64,000 bases of DNA from Spirochaetaceae bacterium (lineage in GTDB: Bacteria > Spirochaetota > Spirochaetia > CADAEX01): NCBI GenBank assembly GCA_009780675.1, contig WQZP01000009.1, positions 8,564 to 72,563 on the forward strand, written 5' to 3'. Below, piece by piece: positions 47,668 through 59,048 of the stretch. A program made the translations under genes and the position numbers. Position 1 is the first letter of the stretch, and every line of letters starts with the position of its first letter. Below the pieces are notes generated by a model. That model saw nothing but the letters and a program-made list of their open reading frames with translations, did no database searches and was not told where the DNA came from.

Positions 47668-48042
47668 ATGCAAATCATGAAAGTATATTTAAAATTATTC
47701 GTATTGATTGCAATAGTTATTGGAATGTTTTACGCTCTTCAATTTTCATCTGAACGCAGAACCGGGGATGCAGCGCTTGTAGTCCTTTCTGCTACTATAA
47801 CAGAACTAACTGATGAAGAAGATAATCCCATAATAAGAGCAGATATAGAAGTAAGAAATCGCGGTGGAAGGGGATTTTTTGAAGTGGGCGGCATAGCAAC
47901 AGCCGGAAACCGGACACAGGAAAAAACTTTGACCACTGGCATGAGACGAAGATCAACACGTACAATTCCACTTATTTTTGATGACATAGATATTATAATC
48001 AGAAATCCTGAATTTGAGTTTTATATCCGCCCTTTTAACTAG
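47668..48042 (+). CDS. Hypothetical membrane-anchored protein
   Basis: N-terminal TM helix followed by a beta-rich domain. Confidence 0.6.
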   Translation: MQIMKVYLKLFVLIAIVIGMFYALQFSSERRTGDAALVVLSATITELTDEEDNPIIRADIEVRNRGGRGFFEVGGIATAGNRTQEKTLTTGMRRRSTRTIPLIFDDIDIIIRNPEFEFYIRPFN

Positions 48043-48055
48043 TGGCCTGTAATAT

Positions 48056-48802
48056 TTATTTCGTTGTTGGCACACATTTTTGCCACGTTGTCCGACCTCT
48101 AAAAACAATTCTTTCTGTTTGCAGATTTTTTAACTCATGATAAAAAGAGTTATCTTTCATATATGCTATAGACTCAACATCGACTTCGGATGATATTTCT
48201 TCGACATATTCTGCATACAATTCTGAAACATAATGTTTTTTATGAAATTCTAAAGGGACAGTATCTAAAACCCATTTTATATAACAAGTACTCGTGACAT
48301 GCGCATTCATATCAAAGTCACTGGGCCTTGCCTTAAAAATCGTGATGATTTTTTCCCCGTCAAATTTTTCAACTTTGATTTTAAAATCTTCGGACATTAC
48401 TGATTCTTCTGTAATCGCAATATGTTTTATGGTTTCATCGATTTTGCATAGCCTTCTTGTATTAACATCTATGAGCATCCAGTTTGTGACTGACTTTGCA
48501 ATTTCCTCTTCTTTTTCATTTTTTATAATGCAATCACGGAGCGCGCGCAAGCCTGTTTTATTTCTGGGCCATGTTTCTACTATTATACTGCTTCTCCATG
48601 AAGGAAAGCCTGAAAATTTTATATACTGTTTTGCGAGCATCCATGTTTGGTTATACTTTGCAAGATCATCAACACTTATGCCAATATCAACACATTGCCT
48701 GGATGCTGTTTCCTGCATTACTGCGCAAAGCATTACAGGTGTTGCCAACTTTGTCATGTCAACATCAAAAGAATTTATTATAAAAGTCTCTCTGTATTTC
48801 AT
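48056..48802 (-). CDS. Acyl-ACP thioesterase
   Basis: INSFDVD, MQETA, VETWP, ARPSDFDMNAHV. Confidence 0.88.
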   Translation of the reverse strand: MKYRETFIINSFDVDMTKLATPVMLCAVMQETASRQCVDIGISVDDLAKYNQTWMLAKQYIKFSGFPSWRSSIIVETWPRNKTGLRALRDCIIKNEKEEEIAKSVTNWMLIDVNTRRLCKIDETIKHIAITEESVMSEDFKIKVEKFDGEKIITIFKARPSDFDMNAHVTSTCYIKWVLDTVPLEFHKKHYVSELYAEYVEEISSEVDVESIAYMKDNSFYHELKNLQTERIVFRGRTTWQKCVPTTK

Positions 48803-48847
48803 ATAAAAAATTGTAAATATATAGCCTGATCAAGTCAACTGAAAAAT

Positions 48848-48929
48848 AGCTTCGTCTACCCCGTATGGCTCTTACGGAACAAAGATAAATTTCTGCATAA
48901 ATCTACGGGGTACGGCTTCGCCTACCCCT
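48848..48929. repeat. Palindromic REP-like intergenic element, copy B (two sub-units)
   Basis: AGCTTCGTCTACCCCGTATGGCTCTTACGG and TAAATCTACGGGGTACGGCTTCGCCTACCCC; overlaps the fusA stop codon. Confidence 0.6.
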
Positions 48930-50949
48930 TTTTCGCGAAGTGGGAAAACTCCATGGAAAAAGTGCCTCTCCCTTGCGTTGAACTCCTAAGAGAAGTTGAA
49001 TAACCAAACATTTTGACCAGAGGCGAGTGCGCCTTAATATGCTCAATATTTGATCTGCTTTCAAGGCTCTCCACAATCCCGCCCCGCATCGTAACCTGAT
49101 TTATAACATCTCCAACATACTCTTTGGGTGTCATAATATCTACAACCATAATAGGTTCAAGAAGTATGGGTGCTGCTTTTCTGCATACCTCATGAAATCC
49201 CATTGCAGATGCTGCTTCAAAAGCAAATGGCGTTGAAAATGTTTCACTATAGTTTGCAGATAAAACCACTACATCAATATCTACTATTGGGTATCCAACA
49301 CATATACCCGCATTAAAACTACCCTCAATTCCCCTTATTACTGCTTCCAGTATCTCTTTGGGAACTTCTTTTCTTATTGCATCTACATCAAGAGAATTTC
49401 CTGCGCTTCTTTTGGCAGGAGCAACTTTTATTGTAAGCTCTGCCCTATTTTCGTTGCCCGCAATAACTTTCTGAAATTTTTCAGTATGAGTTGTTTCCTG
49501 GGTTACGGACTCCCTGTATGACACTTGCGGATTTCCGATATTTGCCTCAACCCTGAAATCATTGATTATACGCGTTACAAGAACATCAAGATGAAGCTCG
49601 CCCATTCCGGAAATTACCAACTGCCCTGTTTCTTCGTTTTCATTTACGGAAAACGTGGGGTCTTCTTTTGAAAGAATTTCAAGAACCTCTTTTAATCTGT
49701 CCCGGTCTGATATTGTTTTGGGTTCAATTGCAATTGATATTACAGGCTCCGGAAAATCCATTTTTTCAAGAAGAATAGGAAAGCTGTCCAGCCCCAGAGT
49801 ATCTCCTGTTTGTGAAAACTTAAGTCCTATAAAAACCCCTATATCCCCGGCAGAAAGCGAATCAATATTTTCAGATTTATTTGAGTGCATTTTTAATATT
49901 CTGTTGACTCTCTCTTTTTTCCCTTTTCCAATATTAATTATGCTTGATCCATTTTTAAAAGAACCTGAGTAAACACGGATGAAGTTATACGTTCCTGCAT
50001 CTTTATCAGACTGTATTTTGAATACAAGGCCAAGAGGTTGTCCATCTTTTTTACACGGAACATCAATCTCTTTATCGGTTTTTATGTGATGCCCTTTTGC
50101 CGGTATCACATCGTCAGGCGACGGAAGATAATCAATAACTGCATCAAGAAGAGGCTGTACCCCGACATTTTTAAGAGAAGCTCCTGCAAATATAGGCAAT
50201 ATATGTCCATCGATAGTTGCTTTTCTTATTGCAGAATTTATAACACCTTTAGGAACTTCTTCACCTACAAGGTACAAATCTGTAATTTCCTCAGAAAAAG
50301 ACGAAATTTTATCAAGAAGATTTTCCTTCCAGTATTCATAAAGCCCTATTCTTGAACTTTCTATTTCAGATTCTACTATTATAGTGCCGCTGCTATCTTT
50401 ATCCCACTTAAACTCTTTTTTATTGATAATATCTATAACACCTTCAAAGTTACTTTCACTCCCTATAGGGATATTTATGGGAACAGGATTCCCCCCAAGT
50501 TTTTCCTGGATTTCTTCAAGAACATTAAAAAAATCAGAACCAACTCTGTCCATTTTATTTATATAGCCAATGCGGGGGATATGATACTTATCTGCCTGGC
50601 GCCATACAGTCTCTGATTGCGGCTCAACACCACCAACAGCGCAGAATATGGCAATACCTCCGTCAAGGACCCTTAATGATCTTTCAACCTCTGCTGTAAA
50701 ATCAACATGGCCTGGAGTATCGATCAAATTTATCTGAAAATCCTTCCAATAGCAGGTAGTTGCAGCAGCTGTTATTGTAATTCCCCGATTTTGCTCCTGC
50801 TCCATCCAGTCCATTGTTGAATCACCATTATCAACCTCGCCCAACCTGTGACTTTTACCCGTATAATAGAGGATTCTTTCTGTTGTAGTAGTTTTTCCAG
50901 CATCTATGTGGGCCATAATACCGATATTTCTCATTTTTTTGAGTGACAT
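48922..50949 (-). CDS. fusA: Elongation factor G paralog, stand-alone (probably spirochaete EF-G2)
   Basis: AHIDAGKTTTTER, RGITI, DTPGHVDF, NKMD, GMGELHL, STQGRG; not in an rpsL-rpsG-fusA-tuf operon. Confidence 0.93.
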   Translation of the reverse strand: MSLKKMRNIGIMAHIDAGKTTTTERILYYTGKSHRLGEVDNGDSTMDWMEQEQNRGITITAAATTCYWKDFQINLIDTPGHVDFTAEVERSLRVLDGGIAIFCAVGGVEPQSETVWRQADKYHIPRIGYINKMDRVGSDFFNVLEEIQEKLGGNPVPINIPIGSESNFEGVIDIINKKEFKWDKDSSGTIIVESEIESSRIGLYEYWKENLLDKISSFSEEITDLYLVGEEVPKGVINSAIRKATIDGHILPIFAGASLKNVGVQPLLDAVIDYLPSPDDVIPAKGHHIKTDKEIDVPCKKDGQPLGLVFKIQSDKDAGTYNFIRVYSGSFKNGSSIINIGKGKKERVNRILKMHSNKSENIDSLSAGDIGVFIGLKFSQTGDTLGLDSFPILLEKMDFPEPVISIAIEPKTISDRDRLKEVLEILSKEDPTFSVNENEETGQLVISGMGELHLDVLVTRIINDFRVEANIGNPQVSYRESVTQETTHTEKFQKVIAGNENRAELTIKVAPAKRSAGNSLDVDAIRKEVPKEILEAVIRGIEGSFNAGICVGYPIVDIDVVVLSANYSETFSTPFAFEAASAMGFHEVCRKAAPILLEPIMVVDIMTPKEYVGDVINQVTMRGGIVESLESRSNIEHIKAHSPLVKMFGYSTSLRSSTQGRGTFSMEFSHFAKKG

Positions 50950-51199
50950 TCAATACCTCTTCTCTCTATATATATAAAATAACAGTTAATTAAATAGAAA
51001 TCAATCTCAAAAAACTTTGCGCAAAAGTTATGGTGATTTTTATACCTCTTGATTATTTTCGATTTTTGCGATAAGCTCTTAAAATTCTGTTTTTTTTGAA
51101 CTTCATATTGTATGAAATATTAAGTTTTGCGACATAATTATACTTGTTTGTTTTTCCATTATGTATATGCTATTATTTATAAGTAAAAGGAGTTAATTC

Positions 51200-53317
51200 A
51201 TGAGAAATTTAAATAAAGAAAAGCATAAGACATCTATACGGCGCGGTCTTGTAGTTTTTTCATTAATTTTATTTACGCTCATTTTTATAGTCGGAAGCGC
51301 GGTTTTTGTTATTAGTATGGGGCAAATTGTTAGGGCTAACATCAGTACTGAACTGGAGCAAATATTGGAAATTGAGCGAATCAGGCTTGAAGCATCAGTA
51401 AACGCAGAGATTGCCATTGCTCTCAAAATGGCAGATTCTTCTATCATTCAAGCCTATTTTATCAACCCCTACGATACTGAGCTGGAACAAATTGCCCTTC
51501 GGGAAATCGCAGGATACCGCCGGGCATTTGCAGGTAACACAGTTTTTTGGGTAAGCGACGCTAATCACAGGTTTTATTCTGATGATGCTTTTGCTTTTAC
51601 AATTGATATAAATGATCCCAACAACTACTGGTATTTGATGACTCTCAATGAAACAGAGACTTACAATTTCAATATCAATTACAACCCTGATCTTGATGTA
51701 ACAAATCTCTGGATCAATGCGCCAGTCTTTGACGAGAACCGCAGACCCATTGGAATACTTGGAACAGGTATTGACCTGACTGCTTTTATTGATTCAATTT
51801 ACCAGGACTACAAAGGGAGTGCGTCTATATACTTTTTTAATTCTGAAGGGGAAATTACCGGAGCGCAGAATCCATTGCTGGTATCAGATAAAGTTACCAT
51901 AATGAATTATCTTGGAAATACCGGTGAAAATATTTTTGCCAAAGCTCTGGCGCTTGGCCCTGGAGAATTTTATCATTTTGAATCACCGGAGGGTGTCATT
52001 GGAAAACTCAAAGTACCAACTCTGGATTGGTTCATAATAGCAATCCGTCCAATTAAAACTGCGGATATTCTTGGCAATAGTATGACCGGGCTTTTCCTGT
52101 CAATGATGGCAGTAATTGCAAGTATTTTTATTGTCTTTTATGTGTTTATTATTCGAATGCTTAAGCCCATGGATTACATGGTACAAACTCTGGATCGTAT
52201 TTCAGTGGATTGGGATTTGACAAAGCGGCTTATGCTTAAACGCCGGGACGAAATTGGCACTTTGGGTGATTTCTTCAATATGACATTTGAAAAAATAAGA
52301 GAGCTGGTTGTAGGGATCAAGGGAAAAACAGTTTCCCTTTCTGATACAGGCGAAGAACTGACTTTGTACATGACAAAAACCAAAACAGACATTGAAGGAA
52401 TCAATTCAAATATTGATGGAATGAGGGGGCAAGTATTATCACAAGTAGAAAAAGTAAATACTACTTCCGGAGCCATGGGCAGGATTATTTCAGAGTTGGC
52501 TGAACTAAACGAGCATATCGCTGTTCAGGCAGATAATGTCGCTCAATCATCATCAGCCATTGAAGAAATGTTGGCAAGTATCCAATCAGTCAGGCAAACA
52601 CTTGTAAAAAATACCGAAAATATTAATTCGTTAGCACAATCATCCGAAGCTGGACGCGCAGATTTGCAAAAAGTTTCAACAGACATTCAGGAAATTGAAC
52701 ATGAGTCAGAAGGTTTGCTGGAAATTAACCTGGTAATGCAGACTATTTCGAGCCAGACAAATCTCCTTGCCATGAATGCAGCAATCGAAGCAGCGCATGC
52801 CGGAGAAGCAGGCAAGGGCTTTGCGGTTGTTGCCGATGAAATCCGCAAGCTTGCAGAAAATTCCGGTCAACAATCCAAGACAATCAGTGCGGTACTCAAA
52901 AAAATAAAATCCATGATTGATACAATTACCAAGTCAACCAGTGTTGTATTGGAACGCTTTGAAAACATTGAAAAAGAAGTGCAGACCGTATCAAATCAGG
53001 GGAGCCAAATTCGCAGCGCCATGGAAGAACAGGGAGCAGGCAGTCGCCTGATACTGGAAGCCATAACCAAATTGAATTCTGTCACTGACATGGTACGCAA
53101 GGCATCATCCGATATAACCTCAGAAAGCAAGGAAATACTGAACCAAAGCAGAGACCTTACACAGATCACCTCAGATGTTGCCATAAGTATGGATTCAATG
53201 ACACAAAACGCAGGAGAAATCTCGGAAGCAATTACCAGAGTGCAGGAAATTTCTGAAGAAAACAAGGAAAATATCATTGCTTTAAGCGGGGATATTTCGC
53301 GATTTAAGGTTGAGTAG
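51200..53317 (+). CDS. Methyl-accepting chemotaxis protein
   Basis: Two TM helices; [36 protein letters not shown]; RBS AAGGAG. Confidence 0.93.
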   Translation: MRNLNKEKHKTSIRRGLVVFSLILFTLIFIVGSAVFVISMGQIVRANISTELEQILEIERIRLEASVNAEIAIALKMADSSIIQAYFINPYDTELEQIALREIAGYRRAFAGNTVFWVSDANHRFYSDDAFAFTIDINDPNNYWYLMTLNETETYNFNINYNPDLDVTNLWINAPVFDENRRPIGILGTGIDLTAFIDSIYQDYKGSASIYFFNSEGEITGAQNPLLVSDKVTIMNYLGNTGENIFAKALALGPGEFYHFESPEGVIGKLKVPTLDWFIIAIRPIKTADILGNSMTGLFLSMMAVIASIFIVFYVFIIRMLKPMDYMVQTLDRISVDWDLTKRLMLKRRDEIGTLGDFFNMTFEKIRELVVGIKGKTVSLSDTGEELTLYMTKTKTDIEGINSNIDGMRGQVLSQVEKVNTTSGAMGRIISELAELNEHIAVQADNVAQSSSAIEEMLASIQSVRQTLVKNTENINSLAQSSEAGRADLQKVSTDIQEIEHESEGLLEINLVMQTISSQTNLLAMNAAIEAAHAGEAGKGFAVVADEIRKLAENSGQQSKTISAVLKKIKSMIDTITKSTSVVLERFENIEKEVQTVSNQGSQIRSAMEEQGAGSRLILEAITKLNSVTDMVRKASSDITSESKEILNQSRDLTQITSDVAISMDSMTQNAGEISEAITRVQEISEENKENIIALSGDISRFKVE

Positions 53318-54386
53318 TGCCCTTATAACCGAAATGGAAAAGGAGTCAACCAAACTGGAGAAACAATATGCCAAAAATATGGAACAAAACATAGTTATCT
53401 CCGTTACCAATTTACGAAAGCGTTTCAACCTTGAAGCAGGTTTTTTTGCCAGGCTGGGCCGTTATGTCCATGCAGTAAACGGGGTCTCGCTGGCCATTGG
53501 CAAGAACGAAACCTATGGCCTTGTGGGAGAATCTGGTTGTGGAAAAACTACCACTGCCCGACTCCTTGTACGTATGTATGAGGCGGATGAAGGAGAAATC
53601 ACTTTTCAGGGCAGGGATGGGAACATTGAGGATGTAAGAAGTCTGAAAGGCCGGGAGTTTAAGCAATACCGGGAACGGGTAAAGTATGTGTTTCAGGATC
53701 CAGCCAGATCTCTCAATCCACGAATGACAGTGTACGAGGTACTTACTTCCGGAGCCAGATGGGCAATGAAAAGGCACGGGGCTGGAGGGGCAGCAATTCT
53801 CAAGGAAGAAGCTGCTTCAATACTTGAGGAAGTGGGCTTATCTGCATCAGACCTGGAGCGCCGGCCTGCAGAGTTCTCAGGCGGCCAACGACAACGTATT
53901 TCCATAGCCAGAGGGCTCCTAATGAAACCAGACCTTCTTATCTGCGATGAAGTGGTCTCAGCACTGGATGTTTCCATTCAGGGGCAGATACTCAACCTGC
54001 TTCTTGATTTGCGGAGCAGCAGAAAATCTTCGCAGCAGGAGCTTTCATTTTTGTTTATTGCCCATGACTTAAAAGTAGCCTGTTATTTCTGCGACCGTAT
54101 CGGCGTCATGTACCGAGGAGAAATCATGGAGGAAGCTCCTGCTGCAGAAATCTGGAAGCATGGTTTACATCCATATACAGAGCTGTTGTTTTCATCTGCT
54201 GGAAAGATTCCTGCTCAAGAGTCTCCAGCCGCGCCTGCAAAAACTACATCCGCAAAAAGCATTAATACAGAACCAGAAGGGTGCTCTTTTGCCTCACGTT
54301 GCCCATATGCAAAAGAGCGTTGCTTTATGGAAAAGCCGCATCCAAGAACAGTTGGCACGAAACACTTGCTGAGGTGCTGGAGATAA
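53310..54386 (+). CDS. Oligopeptide ABC transporter ATP-binding subunit (OppF/AppF-like), orphan
   Basis: [34 protein letters not shown] and C-terminal Cys cluster; true start uncertain (53310, 53334 or 53379). Confidence 0.87.
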   Translation: MSSALITEMEKESTKLEKQYAKNMEQNIVISVTNLRKRFNLEAGFFARLGRYVHAVNGVSLAIGKNETYGLVGESGCGKTTTARLLVRMYEADEGEITFQGRDGNIEDVRSLKGREFKQYRERVKYVFQDPARSLNPRMTVYEVLTSGARWAMKRHGAGGAAILKEEAASILEEVGLSASDLERRPAEFSGGQRQRISIARGLLMKPDLLICDEVVSALDVSIQGQILNLLLDLRSSRKSSQQELSFLFIAHDLKVACYFCDRIGVMYRGEIMEEAPAAEIWKHGLHPYTELLFSSAGKIPAQESPAAPAKTTSAKSINTEPEGCSFASRCPYAKERCFMEKPHPRTVGTKHLLRCWR

Positions 54387-54430
54387 CTGCGTACGTTAAT
54401 TTATCACATTATTTAAAATCAATTTTTCCG

Positions 54431-55264
54431 TTATATATGTTTTGCTACTTTTTCCCGCAATTGATCCGGATTAAACGGCTTTACTATAAAATCACAGGCT
54501 CCAAGTCGAATAGCTGCTGTAAGATTGTCTACTGTTCCTTCTGATGTCAAAAAAATAATCGGCGTTTCTTTGTGTTCCTCAAAACCGCGAATAATGGGAA
54601 TAAGCTCAAAACCATTACGTTCCGGCATTTGATAATCCAGCAAGAACAGATCAGGATGCACTTGTTTTAACACATTTTCCAGCATCGTTGGTTTTGGCAA
54701 CTTGAACACTTTATACTCAGTACCCAAAACTGCTGCTACTGCTTCAAGAATAGCCGGAGAATCATCAACAGTAAGCACCAAAAGCTTCTGACCAGTTTTT
54801 GTCTTGCTGGATAATGCTTCAATGCATGATAATAAGGTTGAATTTGTGTCGGAAGAACCGCCCGCTTCCTTTGTTGTTTTAGCAGATACTACTTGCGAAT
54901 AAAAATTACTAAAACCTTGATCTATCTTGTCCGCATGAAAAGCAGCCAATCTGTGGTCACCTTTTCCGCACGCACTTCTAATTTCATTCATGTCAGGAAT
55001 ATATTTATCACAGCCAATTTCCTGGAGTAAAGCTATCATGTTCTTAATGCTTTTCCAATCCTTGGCGCCAGAAGCATCGTTGGAAAATTTTTTAATGGTA
55101 TCAGAAGTATCGGGCGCAAGACTTAGAAATTGCGACAGCAATTTATAGTATTCACCTAAGGTTAGCTGTTTATCGCTCTCAGCAACACGGCGTATGTTTA
55201 AGTCGCGCAGCTTTAAAAGGGCTGGCAGATTAAAATCATATATTATGAAATTGTCAGAGCTCAT
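54431..55264 (-). CDS. Response regulator: helical N-terminal domain plus C-terminal receiver
   Basis: LTVDDS, FLLDYQMP, IIFLTS, FIVKP. Confidence 0.88.
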   Translation of the reverse strand: MSSDNFIIYDFNLPALLKLRDLNIRRVAESDKQLTLGEYYKLLSQFLSLAPDTSDTIKKFSNDASGAKDWKSIKNMIALLQEIGCDKYIPDMNEIRSACGKGDHRLAAFHADKIDQGFSNFYSQVVSAKTTKEAGGSSDTNSTLLSCIEALSSKTKTGQKLLVLTVDDSPAILEAVAAVLGTEYKVFKLPKPTMLENVLKQVHPDLFLLDYQMPERNGFELIPIIRGFEEHKETPIIFLTSEGTVDNLTAAIRLGACDFIVKPFNPDQLREKVAKHI

Positions 55265-55283
55265 GATTATTTGTTCCTTCCTT

Positions 55284-58200
55284 TTAAGAGTAATCCTTGC
55301 CTAAGTTCATTTCCGAGAGTTTTCCGATGATTTCGTCAACATTAAATTGCTGTACATTTTCCCATAGCCAGTAAACAAGTTCACCATTGGTTTCGTATTC
55401 GTAACTTTCAAGCTCCTTAACAGCTGCTTCTATTGTTTCCATATCAAAAGTATAACAAGCTTCCAATATTTTGACCAGCACATCCTTGTCCGGCTTGCTT
55501 TTTATAGGCTTATGGGCTTCCGCTGATATTTTAACCAGCATTTCATCCAGGTTTTCCAACAGTTTAGCAATAGCTTGCACCAAATCCGGAGCCTTTTCAC
55601 ATACGTATTCAAAATCCCCTTCTTTTGCTGCTTTTTCCAGAGCTTCTGCTATATCACCCACAAGGTTTGCGCAAATGCTCCGGCTCGATCCCTTTATGCC
55701 ATGAACAGTTATGGCATAGTCTTTCAAATTCTCCCTGCTTACCTCTTTGATTGAACCAAGAAGATTCCTGGTATTGGTGGTGTATGAACGCAATACTTGC
55801 AGGTAAGCTCCGCTATCCCATCCAAAGCGTTCAAGCCCTGCTTTCAAATCAATCCCATCGAATTGAAAATTGAGAATTAAAGATTGAGAATCGGAAACCG
55901 ACTCAGAGGTATCCTCTTTTTCTATTTTCCATTTTTCATTTTTCATTTTTTTGTCCTGGACCCAATAGTGGATAACCGCATCAAGCCTTGAAATGTCAAT
56001 GGGTTTTGATAAAAAATCCTGAAACCCCTTGCTTAAAAACATTTTATCATTGCCTGCAATCACGTTAGCAGTCAGAGCAATGACAGGTATGTTTTTTGCA
56101 TAGTCCGTGCCTATCTCCCTAATTTTCTCGGTCGCCTCTATTCCATCCATACCTGGCATCATATGATCCATAAAAATTGCGTTGTATTTAACATTTTCCA
56201 TGCGCATTGCATCTATAGCCTGCTGACCGCTCATCACAGTATCAATTTGCATACCGTAAGGCTTCATTAAACCCTTTACCACATCAAGGTTAGTAGCGTT
56301 ATCATCGACAACAAGCACACGGGCATATGGCAGTTTGATACGCGCAAACTTGGCGTTTTTGTTTCGTCTGTGGTCTGAATATCGGAAGCTTTTTAAGCTT
56401 TTCGCAACTTCCAGGCCTATCGTTGCGGCGGCAACATATTTTTGTTTGATCTTTACCGTAAATGTACTCCCTTTTCCATATTCACTATCCACTGTGATAG
56501 TACCGCCCATCTGCTCTATTAACCTTTTAGCAATAGGAAGCCCCAATCCAGTCCCTTCTATCTTCCGGTTGGACTTCGTATCCATTTGGGTATAGTTGGA
56601 AAACAGATTTCCAATATCCTCTGCCTTGATGCCTATACCAGAGTCTTTGGCCCAAGCTATCAGCCAGACCACATCGTTTTCACGAACACAATCCACTCCA
56701 AGCTCTACTGTTCCCTGTTTTGTATACTTAAAAGCATTGGACAACAAGTTACTCAAAACCTGCTTGACCCGCAATTCATCACCATATAGCTTCGCAGGCA
56801 GATCGTCATGGATATTCAGAATAAACTCAATTGGTTTTTCCCCCAGGCGGAGGATATTGTTCGTAACAGTATCATTAATAAGACTTGGAGTATCATATGC
56901 ACTCTCTATAAGCTCTAACTTCCCTGCCTCTATTTTAGATATGTCTAAAATATCATTGACCAGACTAAGAAGCGTCTCGCCAGCGCTATATATCTTCTCA
57001 AGATTAGTCTCAACATCCTTATTTATTCCGCTGTCTTCAAGCGCTAATTCAGACAAACCTATCACGGCATTAAGAGGTGTACGCATCTCATGGCTCATAT
57101 TTGCCAAAAAGTCACTTTTGGCATCATTAGCTTTTTGCGTATCCATTAAAGCTGTCTTTAGCTCATCAGCAGCTTTTTGAAGATTCGACGTCATTTCATT
57201 CCGAAGCAGGGCATTGGCAATAAGCAAGCTGCCGGAGCGCAGAGTGGTAACTACTTCTTCGGAAAAAATAGTTTCAGCAAAACAGTTGTCACAGCCAACA
57301 AATCCCCAAAATTCATCATGCACAAATACCGGCGCTACAAAGATGGATTTTATTCCATGCATGGTCATGCGCGATTGCTCTATTGGCGATAAATCACGCA
57401 CTAAAGAATTAATGCATTCCCCTTTCGTCAATATGTGCTCAAAGGTGGGTATGTTGCCTTCATACGGCACATCAGTAGATATTTCGCTACTTGTACGCAG
57501 CAGTTCATCTGCAATCCATTCATCAACCAAAGTGCAATGCAACTTTCCTTCCTTGATACTGTTTTTCCATATACATATACGGTCAGCGTTTACTGCTTTT
57601 CCGATCATGCCCATACACAACTGCAAATTATTCTCAAATTCATCGATCTCTGATTGAAGAAGAATATTTGCCGCTTGATTCACGCTGTCAAGGAGATTAG
57701 ATTTCTGCTCAATTTCATTCATCATTGCTTTTTGTTCACGCAGATCGCGGACATACCCGGCTACAGCGAAATCATTCTCATAAGCAACGCGGACAAGCGT
57801 GATCTCTGACGGTATCGGAGTGCCATCCGTTGCCTGGTGCATCCACTCAAACACATGTTTGCCATCTTCAAATGCTTTTTTTATATTAAGTGGCGCTATC
57901 TCTGATGAGAGGGAGCCGTCCGGCTGATATTTTGGTGAGAGGTCGCGAAACCGATTTGAATACTCCTGCTTATCCTTTGCTTTAAATAAACGGAGCGATT
58001 CCTCGTTACACTCAAAAAGATTTATGTTTTTGTCCCAAAGGTGGATAGCAAGAGGGGTTGTGTCCAATAAAAGCCGCGTACGATTGTGCGCTTCACGAAT
58101 TTGGGCAGCCTGCATATTCCGGTTTATGGCGCTGACCACCATCCGGCTGACTGCTTTAAGAACATTGATTTCGTCATCCGTGAAGATCCGCTCATTTACA

Positions 58201-59048
58201 CAATCAATAACGCAGAAAAATCCCCAAAAAACATATTTTATGAACAACGGAATTATCACGATCGTTTTTACGTCATAAGGTTTTAAAAGCTGTTGTTCTT
58301 CTTCCGACATTTCCGTGAACTGCCCATTGATGTATCCGCCGCCTGAAAAGAGTTTTTCCCATTTTGGCACTGCAGTGTAAGGTAGTTTCAAGCCAATAGA
58401 AACAGACGGGTTTTGCTTACCGATTTCGCTCATCCATACATACGTGTGTACAAAGTGAAGCGCCTCGTCTATCATCTCGTTGCGCCAAATCTGTACGCGG
58501 TCAGCGCTCACAGCACGCCCCACAACTTCCAGGCTCTCCAAAAGCGCTTTCTCAATATCCGTATCATCTTCTGTTGACAGCAGGGCCTGGACTGCGAGAC
58601 TTCCTGTATTCAGCAATCTGTTTCTGGTTTCGATCGCCGCCATCATCCGCTTATGTTCACGCATATCTCTTGTATAACCCGCAACAATATAGTCGTCCTC
58701 ATATTCCAGGCGCACAAGCGTTACCTCTGCCGGGATAAGCTCACCATCCGATGTTTGAAAAACAAATTCAGAAACACATTTGCCTTCGATAAATGCTTTC
58801 TCAAATATTTTTCGGCCTTCCGGGATAGATTTTTTACCATCTGGCTGGTATTCAGGAAAAATCTCAAAATACCGCTCTATAAATTCACGCTTGTCTTTAA
58901 ACTTGAAGAGTTTTACAGATTCTTCATTACACTCAAACAGCTCATATTTCTCATTGCACACTCTTTTCATTAATCGGCAGGCAAGAGGAGTTGCATCCAG
59001 CAAAAGTCTTGTGCGTTCATGCGCAGTTAAATCATTGTTTTTCATCAT
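55284..59048 (-). CDS. Cytoplasmic hybrid histidine kinase (PAS-GAF-PAS-GAF-HisKA-HATPase-REC-Hpt)
   Basis: SHEMRTPLNAV, QVLSNLLSNAFKYT, GTGLGL, FMDHMMP, Hpt VHGIKGS; no TM helix seen. Confidence 0.92.
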   Translation of the reverse strand: MMKNNDLTAHERTRLLLDATPLACRLMKRVCNEKYELFECNEESVKLFKFKDKREFIERYFEIFPEYQPDGKKSIPEGRKIFEKAFIEGKCVSEFVFQTSDGELIPAEVTLVRLEYEDDYIVAGYTRDMREHKRMMAAIETRNRLLNTGSLAVQALLSTEDDTDIEKALLESLEVVGRAVSADRVQIWRNEMIDEALHFVHTYVWMSEIGKQNPSVSIGLKLPYTAVPKWEKLFSGGGYINGQFTEMSEEEQQLLKPYDVKTIVIIPLFIKYVFWGFFCVIDCVNERIFTDDEINVLKAVSRMVVSAINRNMQAAQIREAHNRTRLLLDTTPLAIHLWDKNINLFECNEESLRLFKAKDKQEYSNRFRDLSPKYQPDGSLSSEIAPLNIKKAFEDGKHVFEWMHQATDGTPIPSEITLVRVAYENDFAVAGYVRDLREQKAMMNEIEQKSNLLDSVNQAANILLQSEIDEFENNLQLCMGMIGKAVNADRICIWKNSIKEGKLHCTLVDEWIADELLRTSSEISTDVPYEGNIPTFEHILTKGECINSLVRDLSPIEQSRMTMHGIKSIFVAPVFVHDEFWGFVGCDNCFAETIFSEEVVTTLRSGSLLIANALLRNEMTSNLQKAADELKTALMDTQKANDAKSDFLANMSHEMRTPLNAVIGLSELALEDSGINKDVETNLEKIYSAGETLLSLVNDILDISKIEAGKLELIESAYDTPSLINDTVTNNILRLGEKPIEFILNIHDDLPAKLYGDELRVKQVLSNLLSNAFKYTKQGTVELGVDCVRENDVVWLIAWAKDSGIGIKAEDIGNLFSNYTQMDTKSNRKIEGTGLGLPIAKRLIEQMGGTITVDSEYGKGSTFTVKIKQKYVAAATIGLEVAKSLKSFRYSDHRRNKNAKFARIKLPYARVLVVDDNATNLDVVKGLMKPYGMQIDTVMSGQQAIDAMRMENVKYNAIFMDHMMPGMDGIEATEKIREIGTDYAKNIPVIALTANVIAGNDKMFLSKGFQDFLSKPIDISRLDAVIHYWVQDKKMKNEKWKIEKEDTSESVSDSQSLILNFQFDGIDLKAGLERFGWDSGAYLQVLRSYTTNTRNLLGSIKEVSRENLKDYAITVHGIKGSSRSICANLVGDIAEALEKAAKEGDFEYVCEKAPDLVQAIAKLLENLDEMLVKISAEAHKPIKSKPDKDVLVKILEACYTFDMETIEAAVKELESYEYETNGELVYWLWENVQQFNVDEIIGKLSEMNLGKDYS

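Noticed and set aside
47525-48042. tRNA-Pro as an integration site for a genomic island
   Set aside because: I found no duplicated tRNA 3' end, integrase or att-like repeat in the window.
51013-51029. Near-palindrome AACTTTGCGCAAAAGTT between fusA and the MCP
   Set aside because: Single imperfect dyad in AT-rich DNA with no second copy or assignable regulator.
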